Assembly: GCA_964202905.1 (NCBI GenBank)
Contig: CAXNJO010000011.1
Span: 32,001-96,000, forward strand
From: Polyangiales bacterium
GTDB taxonomy: Bacteria; Myxococcota_A; Polyangia; Polyangiales; JADJQN01
Direction of reading: 5' to 3'
Length of the DNA stretch: 64,000 nt
Numbering within the stretch: position 1 is the first letter of the stretch; the number at the start of each line of letters is the position of its first letter. Below are positions 1 through 12,655 of this stretch, piece by piece. The position numbers and the translations under genes are program-made. The notes beneath the pieces were generated by a model. It saw only the letters and a program-made list of their open reading frames with translations. It ran no database searches and was not told the DNA's origin.

Positions 1-141
1 CCTCCGCGGCGACCGCGCCGACTTCGTCGACGACGCCTCCCTCGGTGATTCCCAGAGCCCAACCGACCTCGGCCGGAGCCCTCCGAGCGCGCGCGTCGCG
101 CCGCAAACAACCACCGCCTCGGGCCACGCGGGAGCGCTGCC

Positions 142-1239
142 TTGCGCATCCTGATCTTGTCCGCGACCGGGCAGCAGGACGTCGCGGCGCGCTCGATCGC
201 CGAGGCGCTCGCGACCGCGCACGAGGTCGTCGAGTTCGACTACGCGGCGGCGCACACGCCGTTCCTCGGCATCACCCCGCTGCGGCGCGTCACGAGCGTC
301 TACCGCCGCGCGCTGCAAGCGGCCGGGATCGGTGAGACGGCCCTCGCCGACCTCGCGCTCAAGCGCTTCATCGCGGGCAAGCGCTTCGACATGGTGCTCT
401 TGCTGCGGGTCAACGTCATGCCCCCCGAGGTCATCGAGGCGCTGCGTTCGACGGGCGCGCTGGTCATCGGCTGGTTCATGGACGCGATCGTGAACCTCGG
501 CGCCGCGCGCTTCTTCGAGGCCCCGTATCACCGCGTGTTCTTCAAGGATCGGCTCGTCGTCGCCCATTTCCGCGAGATCACGCGCAGCCCGGTCTACGAC
601 TACCTCGCGCAGGGCTTCGATCCGCGGCTCCACCGTCCCGTCGCCGGCGCCACGAAGGAGGTCGACGTCGGGACGTTCGGCAACGGCTACCCGTACCGAT
701 CCGCGCTGCTCTTGCCCCTGCTCGAGCGCTCGGACCTCCACGTCGAGGTGCGCGGTGCGCCGGCCCGGATGACCTCCCCGGAGATGCGCCGCGCGTTTCG
801 CTCGACGGTCCGCGGCCTCGAGAAGAGCGCCACCGTCGCCCGCTTCCGCATCGCCTTCAACTCGTGCCACTTCGGTGAGCTCGGGGGCGTGAACAAGCGC
901 ACCTTCGAGCTCGCGGGGATGGGCGCCTTCCAACTCACGGACGGTGTCGCCGTCGGCCACTACCTCGAGCCCGAGAAGGAGGTCGCGACGTTCCGCGGAC
1001 GCGCGGACCTCGTCGAGAAGGTCGACTACTACCTCGATCGCCCTGCGCTGCGCAGCGAGATCGCCGAGGCGGGGTTGCAGCGCGCGTGGCGCGAACACAC
1101 CTGGGCGCACCGCTGCAACGAGCTCTTCGAGCGTGTGCCCGAGCTGCGCGGGGTCGCGCGCCTGCCCGTCGTCGCCGAGGCGCCCGCCCCCGACTCGGCG
1201 CATCTGCGGGACGCGCGCCCGAAGGCTCAGGCGCGCTGA
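142..1239 (+). CDS. CgeB-family / glycosyltransferase family 1-like protein
   Basis: GT-B style protein. The C-terminal motifs NKRTFELAGMGAFQL, FRGRADLVEKVDYYL and EHTWAHR are typical of CgeB/Glyco_trans_1_2. The TTG start is uncertain. Confidence 0.8.
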   Translation: MRILILSATGQQDVAARSIAEALATAHEVVEFDYAAAHTPFLGITPLRRVTSVYRRALQAAGIGETALADLALKRFIAGKRFDMVLLLRVNVMPPEVIEALRSTGALVIGWFMDAIVNLGAARFFEAPYHRVFFKDRLVVAHFREITRSPVYDYLAQGFDPRLHRPVAGATKEVDVGTFGNGYPYRSALLLPLLERSDLHVEVRGAPARMTSPEMRRAFRSTVRGLEKSATVARFRIAFNSCHFGELGGVNKRTFELAGMGAFQLTDGVAVGHYLEPEKEVATFRGRADLVEKVDYYLDRPALRSEIAEAGLQRAWREHTWAHRCNELFERVPELRGVARLPVVAEAPAPDSAHLRDARPKAQAR

Positions 1240-3083
1240 GTCGCGACCCAGGCGGCGTACGCGCCGAGGTTGCCCCAGATCCAGCGCGACGCGTGGGGCA
1301 GCGCCTCCCACCGCGGGCGCCGATCGAAGACGGCCGCGCACTGCTCCCATCCGGCGCGGAGCGGCTCGTCGAGCGCGGCGACGTAGGCCTTCAGCGGCGC
1401 GTGGAAGCCCATCTTCCACGCACGTTCCGCGACCACCCGCGGGAGCGCGTCGGCGACCGCGTGGCGCAGCGTGGCCTTCAGGCCCGTGCGGTCCACGCGC
1501 TCGGCGGGAGGCACGCCGAAGGCGGTCTCCACGACCTCCTCGTCGAGGAGCGGGACACGCCCCTCGACGCCGTGCGCGAGGCCCATGCGGTCGCTGTGCA
1601 GCAGGTAGCGCGGAACCGACCACGACTCGAGCGAGGACCGCAGCGCCGCGTTCACGCGGGGCCGCCCGTCCATCGCATGCCAGTGCTGCGCGGCGTCGAT
1701 CATCGCGGCGCAGCCGAGCGGCACGGGCAGGCGCGTAGCCCGCGCGGTGCGCGCCGCGGTGATCGCGGCCCGCAGGGGCGTCGGCAGCCGGTAGTACGCG
1801 CCCGTCGTCGCCACGTAGCGCCCCGGGTGCGCGGGTGCGTCGCCCGCGAACACCGCGCCGAGGCCCGCGGCGATGTCGCGCAACACGTCAAAGCGCCGGG
1901 CCTCGAACAGATCGTTGGCGAGCGCGCCGAGGTAGGCCGGATAACCGACGAACACCTCGTCGCCGCCGAGGCCCCCGAGCAGGACCTTCACGCCGTGTTC
2001 GCGCGCGGTGCGGGCGATGCAGTACTCCGCGTAGCTGGAGACGTCGCCGTACGGCTCCTCCTGGTGGTGCACGTAGCGCTCGAAATCGCCGCGCAACTGC
2101 GCGGGTGACGCGGACACCCAGTGCACCGTGTGCGGGCTCTTCACCGCTGCGAGCATCGCGTTCTGGAACGGGCGCTCGTCGGCCTGCGCGAGGCTGTCGT
2201 GGTAGGCGAAGAGGTGCAGCGGCTGCGTGTGTCCGGCCGCGACGCGCACGCGGTCGGCGAGCGCGACGACGGTGGAGGAGTCGAGCCCGCCCGAGACGGT
2301 GGCGCCGATCGGCACCTCGCCGACGAGCTGCCGCGCGATCGCGCGCTCGAGCGCCGCGCGCACGTCCTGCACCGTGCGCGCGGGCGGCGCGACGGGGATC
2401 CGATAGAACCGGCGCGTCGCGAGCGTACGCCCATCCCAGCGCGCCACGTGCCCCGCGGGCAGCGACGAGACGCCCCGCAACATCGTGTCGAAGGGAACCT
2501 CGTCCGTGCGCCCCAGCAGCACGTAGCGGAGCGCCACCTCGTCGCGGATCGACGCATCGACCCAACGGAGGCCGAGCAGCGCCTTCTGCTCGGAGGCGAA
2601 CGCGAGGCGGCCGCCCTGCGTCGCGTAGTAGAGCGGCCGCACGCCGAGCCGATCGCGGGCGAGCGTCAGCGTCCGCGCCCGCGCGTCCCACCACGCGAAG
2701 GCGTACTGCCCGCGGATCCGCTCGAGCGTCGCGTCGACGCCCCAGCGCGCGAGCGCGTGCATCAGGACTTCGGTGTCGCTGCGACCCTGAAACGCGGCGC
2801 CCTCGGCCACGAGCCGCTCCCGGAGCGGCTGCCAGCCGAAGAGCTCACCGTTGAAGACGAGCGTGCCGGCACCGTCGGGCGCGTGCATGGGCTGCGCGCC
2901 CTGCGGGCCGAGCCCTTGAATCGCGAGGCGCCGGTGTCCGAGCGCCAGCGGCGCGTCCGGGACGAGGTGGACGGCCTCGTCGTCGGGGCCGCGGTGGATC
3001 AGCCGCCGGGTCGCCGCCCGCGCGGTCGCCTCACGCTCGGCGACGTGCGCCTCTGCATCCCACAACCCGAAGATTCCACACAC
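1227..3083 (-). CDS. asnB: Asparagine synthase (glutamine-hydrolysing) family amidotransferase
   Basis: GTG start gives (M)CGIFG with the Ntn nucleophile Cys. Also HRGPD, GHRRLAI, FNGE, SGGLDSS, GGDEVF and EGRVPLLD. Confidence 0.93.
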   Translation of the reverse strand: MCGIFGLWDAEAHVAEREATARAATRRLIHRGPDDEAVHLVPDAPLALGHRRLAIQGLGPQGAQPMHAPDGAGTLVFNGELFGWQPLRERLVAEGAAFQGRSDTEVLMHALARWGVDATLERIRGQYAFAWWDARARTLTLARDRLGVRPLYYATQGGRLAFASEQKALLGLRWVDASIRDEVALRYVLLGRTDEVPFDTMLRGVSSLPAGHVARWDGRTLATRRFYRIPVAPPARTVQDVRAALERAIARQLVGEVPIGATVSGGLDSSTVVALADRVRVAAGHTQPLHLFAYHDSLAQADERPFQNAMLAAVKSPHTVHWVSASPAQLRGDFERYVHHQEEPYGDVSSYAEYCIARTAREHGVKVLLGGLGGDEVFVGYPAYLGALANDLFEARRFDVLRDIAAGLGAVFAGDAPAHPGRYVATTGAYYRLPTPLRAAITAARTARATRLPVPLGCAAMIDAAQHWHAMDGRPRVNAALRSSLESWSVPRYLLHSDRMGLAHGVEGRVPLLDEEVVETAFGVPPAERVDRTGLKATLRHAVADALPRVVAERAWKMGFHAPLKAYVAALDEPLRAGWEQCAAVFDRRPRWEALPHASRWIWGNLGAYAAWVATQRA

Positions 3084-3218
3084 GTCCGGGTCGCTCCTCG
3101 TGCCGCGGGGGGCCGCAGGCGCGGAATGTCGTCTCTCCACGCGGCCGAGTCAAACCCGTCCGCCGTGGCCCTGCCTGCGCGACGGGCGGCCTCCCGTCCG
3201 ACGCCGCTGAATGACGGT

Positions 3219-5003
3219 TCAGTCGCGCGCGCGCCCCGCCACGAGCGGCGCCGCGCGCTCGAGGCGCAGGGCGCGGCGGAGCGCTCGCGACACGAGCAGC
3301 GCGCACGCGAGCAGCAGGCCGAGCGCCGAGAGCGCGAGCGACGGCGCGAGCAGCGGTGGCCGAAAGCGCACGTCGAGGCGGTAGCGGCCGGCGGGCGCGT
3401 CGATCGCGAGGCGGCCCGCGTCGTCGACCGCCGCGCCGTGGCTCGGCCGCCAGCCGGGATCGAAGTTCGAGTTCCACACGAGCCGCGTCGGCGCGGGCAG
3501 ATCGACCTCCGCGTAGAGCCGCGAGGGCGTGCGGCCGCTCGCGTGCACGCGTCCCGGCGCGGTCGCGCGGACCTGCGGCACGGGGCCGAGCCAGAGCCCG
3601 GGCGCGACGGTCCAACGCATCGCGCCCTCGTAGCAGCCCGTCGTGCCGAGGTCCTCGCGCGGCAGGTGCGCGTAGCGCGCGTGGTAGTCCGCGACGGGCG
3701 CGAGGTGGAAGGCGTCCGCCGTGAGCCCCGCGCCGATCGGTGGGGCCTTCCAGCGGTCGACGATGGGGCGCGTCACCACGGCGAGGTCCGTCGTCGCGCC
3801 GAGGACGACGAGCCACGCGAGCGCGGTCGCGGCGATGCGCCCGGCGCTGCGCGGCGCGCCGGACTTCGCGAGCGCGTCGAGCGCGAGGCCCGCGAGCAGC
3901 GCGAGGTAGAAGGTCGCGACGCCGAGGAAGCGCGAGGGCACGCGCAGCGCATCGAAGACGGGCAGCGCGTGCAAGAGCGGCCAGGGGCGCAGCGCGCCGT
4001 TGCCGAGCACGAGCGCGAAGAAGAGCGCCGCGCCGAGCCCCGCTGCGAGGATGCGGCCCCTCCGAGCGCGGCCGCCGCCCATCCGTCCGAGCAGCGCGCG
4101 CACGCCCCCGAGCAGCGCGAATCCTGCGAGCGCGATCACCGTCCAGCCGACGAACGCGCCGTACTCGGGCCACACGAACTCGTGTCCCGGCCAGCGCCAC
4201 GCGTGCGTGCGCTCGGTGAGCGCGGTGACGACGTCCGCCGGGCTCAGGCGGTCGATCGACGCCATCGCGCGCGGGAAGCGCCGCAGCGCCTCGAGGATCG
4301 GGAGCAGGCGGACGGCGGAGACGAGCGGGAAGAGCACGCTGACGACGAGCGCAGCCCGCAGCGTCGCGCGGCGCGCTTCCGGGCGTCGCGCGAGGATCAG
4401 CGCCTCGAACGCGAGCGCGAGGCCCATGTAGGGCAGGGGATAGGTGCCGCCCTCCGCGACCGTCAGCGCGAGCAGCAGCGCGACCACGACGGCGCCGCGC
4501 ACGTCGCGGAGCGCGCGACGCCACGCGAGCAGCACGAGCGGCAGGTAATCGAACGCGAGGAACGTCCCGTGGCCGCCTGCGCCGTGCCACGCGAAGAAGC
4601 CCGAGAGCGCCCACGCGACGGCCGCGAGCCACGCCGCCGGCATCGCGAGGCCGAGCGCGCGGTGCGCGTACGCGCGCATGCCGAGCACGCCGATCACGGT
4701 GTGTCCGACGAGCATCGCCTTGATGCCGAGCGTCGGCCCGACGAGAAACGCGAGCAGGAACCACGGCGCGAAGTGCTGCGACTCCGGGTTGCCGAGCATC
4801 GTCACGCCGCCGCAGTGGTACGGGTCCCAGAGCGGCCACTCGCCGTGCCGCACGAGCGCGACCCAGCCCACCTCCCAGTTGTGGTGGACCATCTGCCAGT
4901 CGCCGAGGCCCGTCGCGTCCGGGGCGACGAGCGCGGGGGACCAGTACGCGAGCGAGAGCGCCGTCGCGGCGAGGAAGGCGCGCGTCGGGCCGCCCGCCTT
5001 CAC
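3219..5003 (-). CDS. Polytopic membrane protein, YfhO/GT-C-like glycosyltransferase
   Basis: Many hydrophobic segments, the WPLWDPYHCGG and LRVPSRF motifs, and a YfhO-like C-terminus (NSNFDPGW). GTGA overlap with the stop of the upstream GT2 gene. Confidence 0.7.
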   Translation of the reverse strand: MKAGGPTRAFLAATALSLAYWSPALVAPDATGLGDWQMVHHNWEVGWVALVRHGEWPLWDPYHCGGVTMLGNPESQHFAPWFLLAFLVGPTLGIKAMLVGHTVIGVLGMRAYAHRALGLAMPAAWLAAVAWALSGFFAWHGAGGHGTFLAFDYLPLVLLAWRRALRDVRGAVVVALLLALTVAEGGTYPLPYMGLALAFEALILARRPEARRATLRAALVVSVLFPLVSAVRLLPILEALRRFPRAMASIDRLSPADVVTALTERTHAWRWPGHEFVWPEYGAFVGWTVIALAGFALLGGVRALLGRMGGGRARRGRILAAGLGAALFFALVLGNGALRPWPLLHALPVFDALRVPSRFLGVATFYLALLAGLALDALAKSGAPRSAGRIAATALAWLVVLGATTDLAVVTRPIVDRWKAPPIGAGLTADAFHLAPVADYHARYAHLPREDLGTTGCYEGAMRWTVAPGLWLGPVPQVRATAPGRVHASGRTPSRLYAEVDLPAPTRLVWNSNFDPGWRPSHGAAVDDAGRLAIDAPAGRYRLDVRFRPPLLAPSLALSALGLLLACALLVSRALRRALRLERAAPLVAGRARD

Positions 5004-6487
5004 GCGCGGGCGTGCGCCGTGCCTGCGCGCTCGCGGGCGTGCGTCGGCTTGCGGAGCACGGCGATGAGCGAGAGGGGCTGGAGCGGGAACCACGGATCCA
5101 CGGCGCGCATGACCGGCGTGATCGCGTTGAGCGTCAGCACCTGGAAGAGCCCGAAGTGCCGGCGGCGCAGCACCTTGCCGTTGAGGTACCAGGCCGCGGT
5201 GCCGACGCGGTTGAACTCGATCATCTCGTCGACCTCGAAGCCCGCCGTGCGCGCGACGTCGCTGAGTGAGGCGCGCGTGTACCGGCGGACGTGCCCGAGG
5301 ACCTCGTCGAGCGTGCCGTAGTTCCACTCGCCCTGCGGCACGAGGATGATCGCGCGACCGCCCTCGGAGAGCGCGTCGCGGATGTTGCGGAGCGCGCCGA
5401 GGTCGTCCTGCACGTGCTCGACGACGTTGAGGCAGACGACGGTGTCGAAGCCCTCGCCCGTGCGCGGGAAGCTCGCCGGATCGGTCACGTCGCAGAAGGT
5501 CGAGCGCAGATAGGGGCGGCCGGCGCGGAGCGCGTCGAGGGTCTCGAGGTAGAGCGGGTTGATGTCGCTCGCCACGTACTCGGTGCGCGGGATGAGCGCC
5601 TGCGTGAGGTTGCCGACGCCCGCGCCGATCTCGAGGACGCGCTCGCCGCAGTAGCTGCGGATCGTGTCGGCCATCCACGTGTTGAAGCGCGTCGCGCGCG
5701 AGAGGCGCGAGAGCATCGCGGAGCCGTATTCGTCGCCGGTGTAGACCTCGTCCGAGACGGCGTATTTCGAGATCGCGGCGAGCGCCTTGAAGCCATCGCG
5801 CCAGCTGATCTTCTTGCCTTCCTGGTAGGTGCGGCCCGAGTAGCGGATCGGCACCTCGAAGACGCGCGCACCGCGCTTGGCGAGCTTGATCGTGAGCTCC
5901 GGCTCGAGGCGGAAATCGTTGGACTCGATCGGGATCGACTTCAGCAAGGTCGTCCGCACGGCCTTGTAGCAAGTCTCCATGTCGGTGAGGTTCAGGTTGG
6001 TCACGACGTTCGTGAGCGTCGTGAGCAGCCGGTTGCCGAGCTCGTGGCGGTAGTTGAGGACGCGCCGCGCGGAGGAGCCGGCGAAGCGCGAGCCGAAGAC
6101 GGCGTCCGCGCGCTCGTCGACGAAGACCTGCACGATGTGCAGGAGATCGACGGGGTGGTACTCGAGGTCGGCATCGTGGATGACGGTGATGTCGCAGCTC
6201 GCGCGCTCGAGCGCCGTCTGGATGGCCTTGCCCTTGCCGCCGTTGCGCTCGTGGCGGAGGAACACCCACTCGATGCGGACCTTCGCGTCCGAGAGGCGCC
6301 TCCGCTCTTCTTCCTGGAAGCGCGCGAGCGCCTCGGACGTGCCGTCGCGCGAGCAGTCGTCGACGACGATCACCTGCAGGCGCGTGAGGTGCGGGCTCGT
6401 CTCGAGGATGCGGAGCCGGCCGAGCGACTCGGCGACGAGGTACTGCTCGTTGTAGACCGGCACGAGCACGCTGAGGGAGGTCGACAC
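5000..6487 (-). CDS. Bifunctional glycosyltransferase family 2 (DPM1-like) / class I SAM-dependent methyltransferase
   Basis: N-terminal LSVLVPVYNE, VDDCSRDGT, NGGKGKA, HDADLEY and TDMETCYK. C-terminal VLEIGAGVG and CLNVVEH. Confidence 0.9.
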   Translation of the reverse strand: MSTSLSVLVPVYNEQYLVAESLGRLRILETSPHLTRLQVIVVDDCSRDGTSEALARFQEEERRRLSDAKVRIEWVFLRHERNGGKGKAIQTALERASCDITVIHDADLEYHPVDLLHIVQVFVDERADAVFGSRFAGSSARRVLNYRHELGNRLLTTLTNVVTNLNLTDMETCYKAVRTTLLKSIPIESNDFRLEPELTIKLAKRGARVFEVPIRYSGRTYQEGKKISWRDGFKALAAISKYAVSDEVYTGDEYGSAMLSRLSRATRFNTWMADTIRSYCGERVLEIGAGVGNLTQALIPRTEYVASDINPLYLETLDALRAGRPYLRSTFCDVTDPASFPRTGEGFDTVVCLNVVEHVQDDLGALRNIRDALSEGGRAIILVPQGEWNYGTLDEVLGHVRRYTRASLSDVARTAGFEVDEMIEFNRVGTAAWYLNGKVLRRRHFGLFQVLTLNAITPVMRAVDPWFPLQPLSLIAVLRKPTHARERAGTAHARA

Positions 6488-6542
6488 GGCCGCGATTGTG
6501 ATCGAAGTGCGGCGGTCGATCCAGCGTTGCCGCGGCACCACG

Positions 6543-6574
6543 AAAAACGCCCCGGAGGTCTCCCTCCGGGGCGT
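6543..6574 (-). terminator. Intrinsic terminator downstream of hppA
   Basis: Minus strand reads ACGCCCCGGAGG-GAGA-CCTCCGGGGCGT-TTTT: a perfect 12-bp stem, a GNRA loop and a short U tract about 50 nt after the hppA stop. Confidence 0.8.
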
Positions 6575-6623
6575 CTCGCGAGTGGGTGGCGCCTCGCCCC
6601 GCGGGGGGCAGGCGCGCTGCGGC

Positions 6624-9215
<2,592 letters not shown>

Positions 9216-9428
9216 GAGAGGTCTCCTGCAGTGGACTCGAGCGGTCGCCCGTGGCCTACCGACGCCTTTTGCGTAGAAATCTAGGGCAAAATGCGCGCGA
9301 TCGGGCCTCCGGGGCCGCCGAAGGTGCGCCCTTCTAGCAGCGGCCCCTGAAAATGTCGAGAGTGCCCCGCGGCGCTGGAGTGGGGGAGATCACGGGAAGC
9401 AGGGGCCTGGCGGGTCGCCGCGCGCCCC

Positions 9429-9758
9429 TCATCCGAGGCCGCGATCGGCCCGCACGCGCAGGCACTCGGCGTCGCCCGGCTGCACGCGGCGGCAGCCGTG
9501 GGGGCGGTGCGCGTAGATGGCGCAGCGCACCCGCTTGCCGAGCGCGCCGAGCAGGGCGAGGCAGCGCCCCTCGGCGTCGAGGCGCAGGTGCAGCTCGCCG
9601 CGCGCGTTCGCGACGACGTGCTTCTTGCGCAGGTCGGGGCGCCGCAGCACGGGCTCGCCGGGCCGCACCTCGACGTAGTCGGCGAAGCCCTCGGCCGTGT
9701 TGGCGGCGGGGTTCGTGCAACAGGCGCCGCACGCCGTGCACTCGAGCGGGGCGCTCAC
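9429..9758 (-). CDS. YkgJ-family cysteine cluster (CxxCxxCC) protein
   Basis: CTACGACC ... GRCLAL ... CAIYAHRPHGCR. GTGA overlap with the upstream gene. Confidence 0.85.
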   Translation of the reverse strand: MSAPLECTACGACCTNPAANTAEGFADYVEVRPGEPVLRRPDLRKKHVVANARGELHLRLDAEGRCLALLGALGKRVRCAIYAHRPHGCRRVQPGDAECLRVRADRGLG

Positions 9759-11461
9759 GGGCGGGCGGCGGCCGCGACCCTGCGGACGCGCGCGGCCTCG
9801 CGCAGGCGCCCCTCGGCGTCGTAGGTGAGGGCGAGCCGCTCGGCGAGCGCCGTGTCCGCGGGACTCGCGCGGAACGCGGCCTCGAGCTGCGCCGCGCGAT
9901 CGTGCCCCGCGGGCTGCCAGTGTTCGGTGACGAAGGCGCGCGCGTCGACGACGGCGGGGGTCTCCGCGGGGCCGAGCGCGGTCGGCAGCAGCGCGACGCC
10001 CGCCACCGCAGCGCTCGCGAGGGAGAGGCCGAGGGCCCGCGCCGCGCGACCATCGAGTCCCCCGTTCGCGCGGGCGGACGCGCGGTGGACGAGGAGCCCC
10101 AGCCCGGCGAGCGCGAGCGCGGCGAGGGGGAGCATCGCGAGCCCGCCGTGCACGTCGAGGCAGCCGAGCGCCGCCTTCGGCGCGTAGCCGTGCGCGAGCA
10201 GGACCGCGAAGAGTTGTGGAAGCGGGCGCGTCAGCTCTTCGGGGAGGTGGGGGTAGTAGACGCTCGGGATCCCGGACGCGACGAGCCCGGCGGCGCAGGT
10301 GCCGAGCGCGAGGGCGTAGGCGGCGAAGCGCGCGCGGGTCGCCAGCCAGCCGAACGCCTCCATCGCCCACCAGGCGAAGAAGGGCACCGTCAGCGCGAGG
10401 TAGCGCGGGCCGAGCGTCCAGCCGCCGCGCCAGATCCGCATCACGAGAATCGCGCCGATGGAGAGCGCGACGACGAGCAGCGAGGCGAGCGCGTCGGCGC
10501 GCGTGCCGCGACGTGCGAGCAGACGCGGCAGCCCGAGCGCCGCGAACACGAGGAAGGGCGTCAGCGCGAAGAGCCCGAAGCCGCGATCGAAGAGCAGCGC
10601 GAGCGCCTCGGGGTGGAAGCCGTCCGCGCCGAAGAGCCCCTGCTCGTGGTTCGCGCGGAACGCGGGGTTCTCGACGAAGAGGTGTCCCGGCGTGAATGGG
10701 CTGCCGAACGCCTTCCATTGGAAGTGCATCACCAGCAGCGTCGGGATGGCCGCGCCGAGCGCGAAGAGCGCGAGCCGGTTCCAGGGCCGCACGCAGCGGA
10801 GCGCGTAGAGCGAGAGGATCACGGACGCGAAGACCGCGGGATATTCGAGCCACGTGATCGCCGCCGCGAGCAGGCCCGCGGCGAACGCGCGCCGCCCATC
10901 GATGCGACCCTCGACGCGCGCGTCGGCGAGCAGCGCGAACGCGCCGAACGCGGCGGCCGCGCTCTGCGTGTGGCTCACGAACATCATCCCGTAGCCGTAG
11001 AGGAGCGAGCCGAGGCCGACGGCGAAGACCGTCGCGTCCGCGAGGACGGGCTCGGCCGGGACGCGCCGGAGCAGCCAGCGGTGGAAGAAGAAGAGGAACA
11101 GCAGCGCGGGCAGCACGCTCGCGGTGACGCGGCACACCCAGAGCGCGACCTCGCGGTCGATCGGCAGACCGCGCGCACGCTGCAACTGCGCGTAGAGCGC
11201 ATACCCGGGTACGCCGAGCTCGCTCGCGCCCGCAGCCTTCACGCTGTACGCGTGCCCGTCGCGCACGGCGGCGTCGTTCACCCATCCCCAGCGCGCGCGC
11301 TGGGTGTCGATCACGTAGGTGTGCTCCTCGACGAGCGCCGCCGTCATGTAGAAGCGGACGTTCTCGTTGGGGTTGTTGACCTCGGGCTGGTACGGGAACG
11401 CGTACAGATACGCGCAGGCGCAGACGCCCAGCACCGACCACGTGCGCGCGCGGCTCGTCAT
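9755..11461 (-). CDS. Polytopic membrane protein, GT-C-like (ArnT/PMT-like) glycosyltransferase candidate
   Basis: About 11-13 hydrophobic segments, NNPNENVR after the first TM, WRGGWTLGPRYL, and a short TPR-like C-terminal helix. Confidence 0.6.
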   Translation of the reverse strand: MTSRARTWSVLGVCACAYLYAFPYQPEVNNPNENVRFYMTAALVEEHTYVIDTQRARWGWVNDAAVRDGHAYSVKAAGASELGVPGYALYAQLQRARGLPIDREVALWVCRVTASVLPALLFLFFFHRWLLRRVPAEPVLADATVFAVGLGSLLYGYGMMFVSHTQSAAAAFGAFALLADARVEGRIDGRRAFAAGLLAAAITWLEYPAVFASVILSLYALRCVRPWNRLALFALGAAIPTLLVMHFQWKAFGSPFTPGHLFVENPAFRANHEQGLFGADGFHPEALALLFDRGFGLFALTPFLVFAALGLPRLLARRGTRADALASLLVVALSIGAILVMRIWRGGWTLGPRYLALTVPFFAWWAMEAFGWLATRARFAAYALALGTCAAGLVASGIPSVYYPHLPEELTRPLPQLFAVLLAHGYAPKAALGCLDVHGGLAMLPLAALALAGLGLLVHRASARANGGLDGRAARALGLSLASAAVAGVALLPTALGPAETPAVVDARAFVTEHWQPAGHDRAAQLEAAFRASPADTALAERLALTYDAEGRLREAARVRRVAAAARP

Positions 11462-11561
11462 GCGGCCGCGAGGGTAGCAGGAACCCCGCGCATGCCCGCA
11501 CGTGCGCGCGCCGCGGGGTGCGTTGACCGCGCGGGGATCGCCCTCTAGTCTCCGCGCGCTC

Positions 11562-12632
11562 ATGGGGTCCGACAGCGGCGGAGGCACGGTCGGGGGCGCG
11601 TCGGCGCTGGCGCGTACGGAGAGGCGCGTGCTGGCGCGGGGCGCGGCGCGAAAGCGGGTCGTCGCGGTGTCCGGGGCGAGCTCGTTCCTCGGGCGGAACC
11701 TCGTCGGTCTGCTCGAGTCGGACGACGCCACGGAGAGGGTCGTCGTCGTCGACGTGCAGAGCCCACGCACGGCGGGCAGCAAGACGACCTTTTACCAGCT
11801 CGATCTCACGCAGCCGACCGTCGACGCGCGCCTCGCGGAGATCCTCGGCGCCGAGGGCGTCGACACCTTCGTGCACCTCGCCTTCTTGTCGAGCCCCTCG
11901 CAGGCGGGCGCGTGGGCGCACGAGCTCGAGTCCGTCGGGACGATGCACGTGCTCAACGCGTGCCGCGAGCGGCGCATCGCGCGCTTCGTGTTGCGCTCGC
12001 AGACGGCGCTCTACGGCGCGCACGCGTCGAACCCGAACTTCCTCACCGAGAGCCACGCGGTGCGCGGTTTGCCGCGCTCGCCCTTCCTCGCGGACAAGAT
12101 CGACGCCGAGAAGGAGACGCGGAAATACGCGCAGTCGCTGCCGGACTCGTGCGTGACGATCCTGCGTTTCGCGCCGATCCTCGGGCCCACGGCGAGCAAC
12201 TTCCTCACCCGCTGGCTGTCGCGGCGCTTCGTGCCGACGGTGCTCGGCTTCGATCCGCTGCTCCAGTTCGTGCACGAGATGGACGCGCTCGCCGCGCTCA
12301 AACTCGCGATCGAAGGGGACGTGCCCGGCACGTTCAACATCGTGGGCGAGGGGGTGTTGCCCGTCTCGACCGTCATCAAGCTCGCGGGCCGGTCGGCGAT
12401 GCCGCTGCCGTGGACGGTGCTGCAGCAGCTCACCGCGCTCGGCTGGGCCGCGCACGCCGCCGAGGTGCCCCCCTCGTTCCTCGCCTACCTGCGATTCCTC
12501 TGCGTCGCGGACGGCGCGCGCGCGGCGACGGAACTCGGTTTCCAGGCCGCTTACTCCACGCGCGAGGCCGTGCTCGACTTCGGCGGCGCCTTGCGGCTGC
12601 GCGACGCGCGCCTCCTGCACGACGCGCCGTAG
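11562..12632 (+). CDS. NAD-dependent epimerase/dehydratase family (atypical SDR)
   Basis: VAVSGASSFLG Rossmann motif, VHLAF, ILRFAPILGP, QFVHEMD and FNIVGEG. Confidence 0.85.
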   Translation: MGSDSGGGTVGGASALARTERRVLARGAARKRVVAVSGASSFLGRNLVGLLESDDATERVVVVDVQSPRTAGSKTTFYQLDLTQPTVDARLAEILGAEGVDTFVHLAFLSSPSQAGAWAHELESVGTMHVLNACRERRIARFVLRSQTALYGAHASNPNFLTESHAVRGLPRSPFLADKIDAEKETRKYAQSLPDSCVTILRFAPILGPTASNFLTRWLSRRFVPTVLGFDPLLQFVHEMDALAALKLAIEGDVPGTFNIVGEGVLPVSTVIKLAGRSAMPLPWTVLQQLTALGWAAHAAEVPPSFLAYLRFLCVADGARAATELGFQAAYSTREAVLDFGGALRLRDARLLHDAP

Positions 12633-12655
12633 GCCCCGCGATCAGGAAGACCCCG

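Noticed and set aside
1227..3083. asnB as a lasso peptide cyclase
   Set aside because: It has an intact N-terminal Cys glutaminase domain, there is no precursor, B-protease or RRE gene nearby, and the context is glycan biosynthesis.
9310..9345. CGCCGAAGGTGC resembling part of a glycine riboswitch
   Set aside because: It is on the strand opposite to hppA, and the other conserved aptamer elements are absent.
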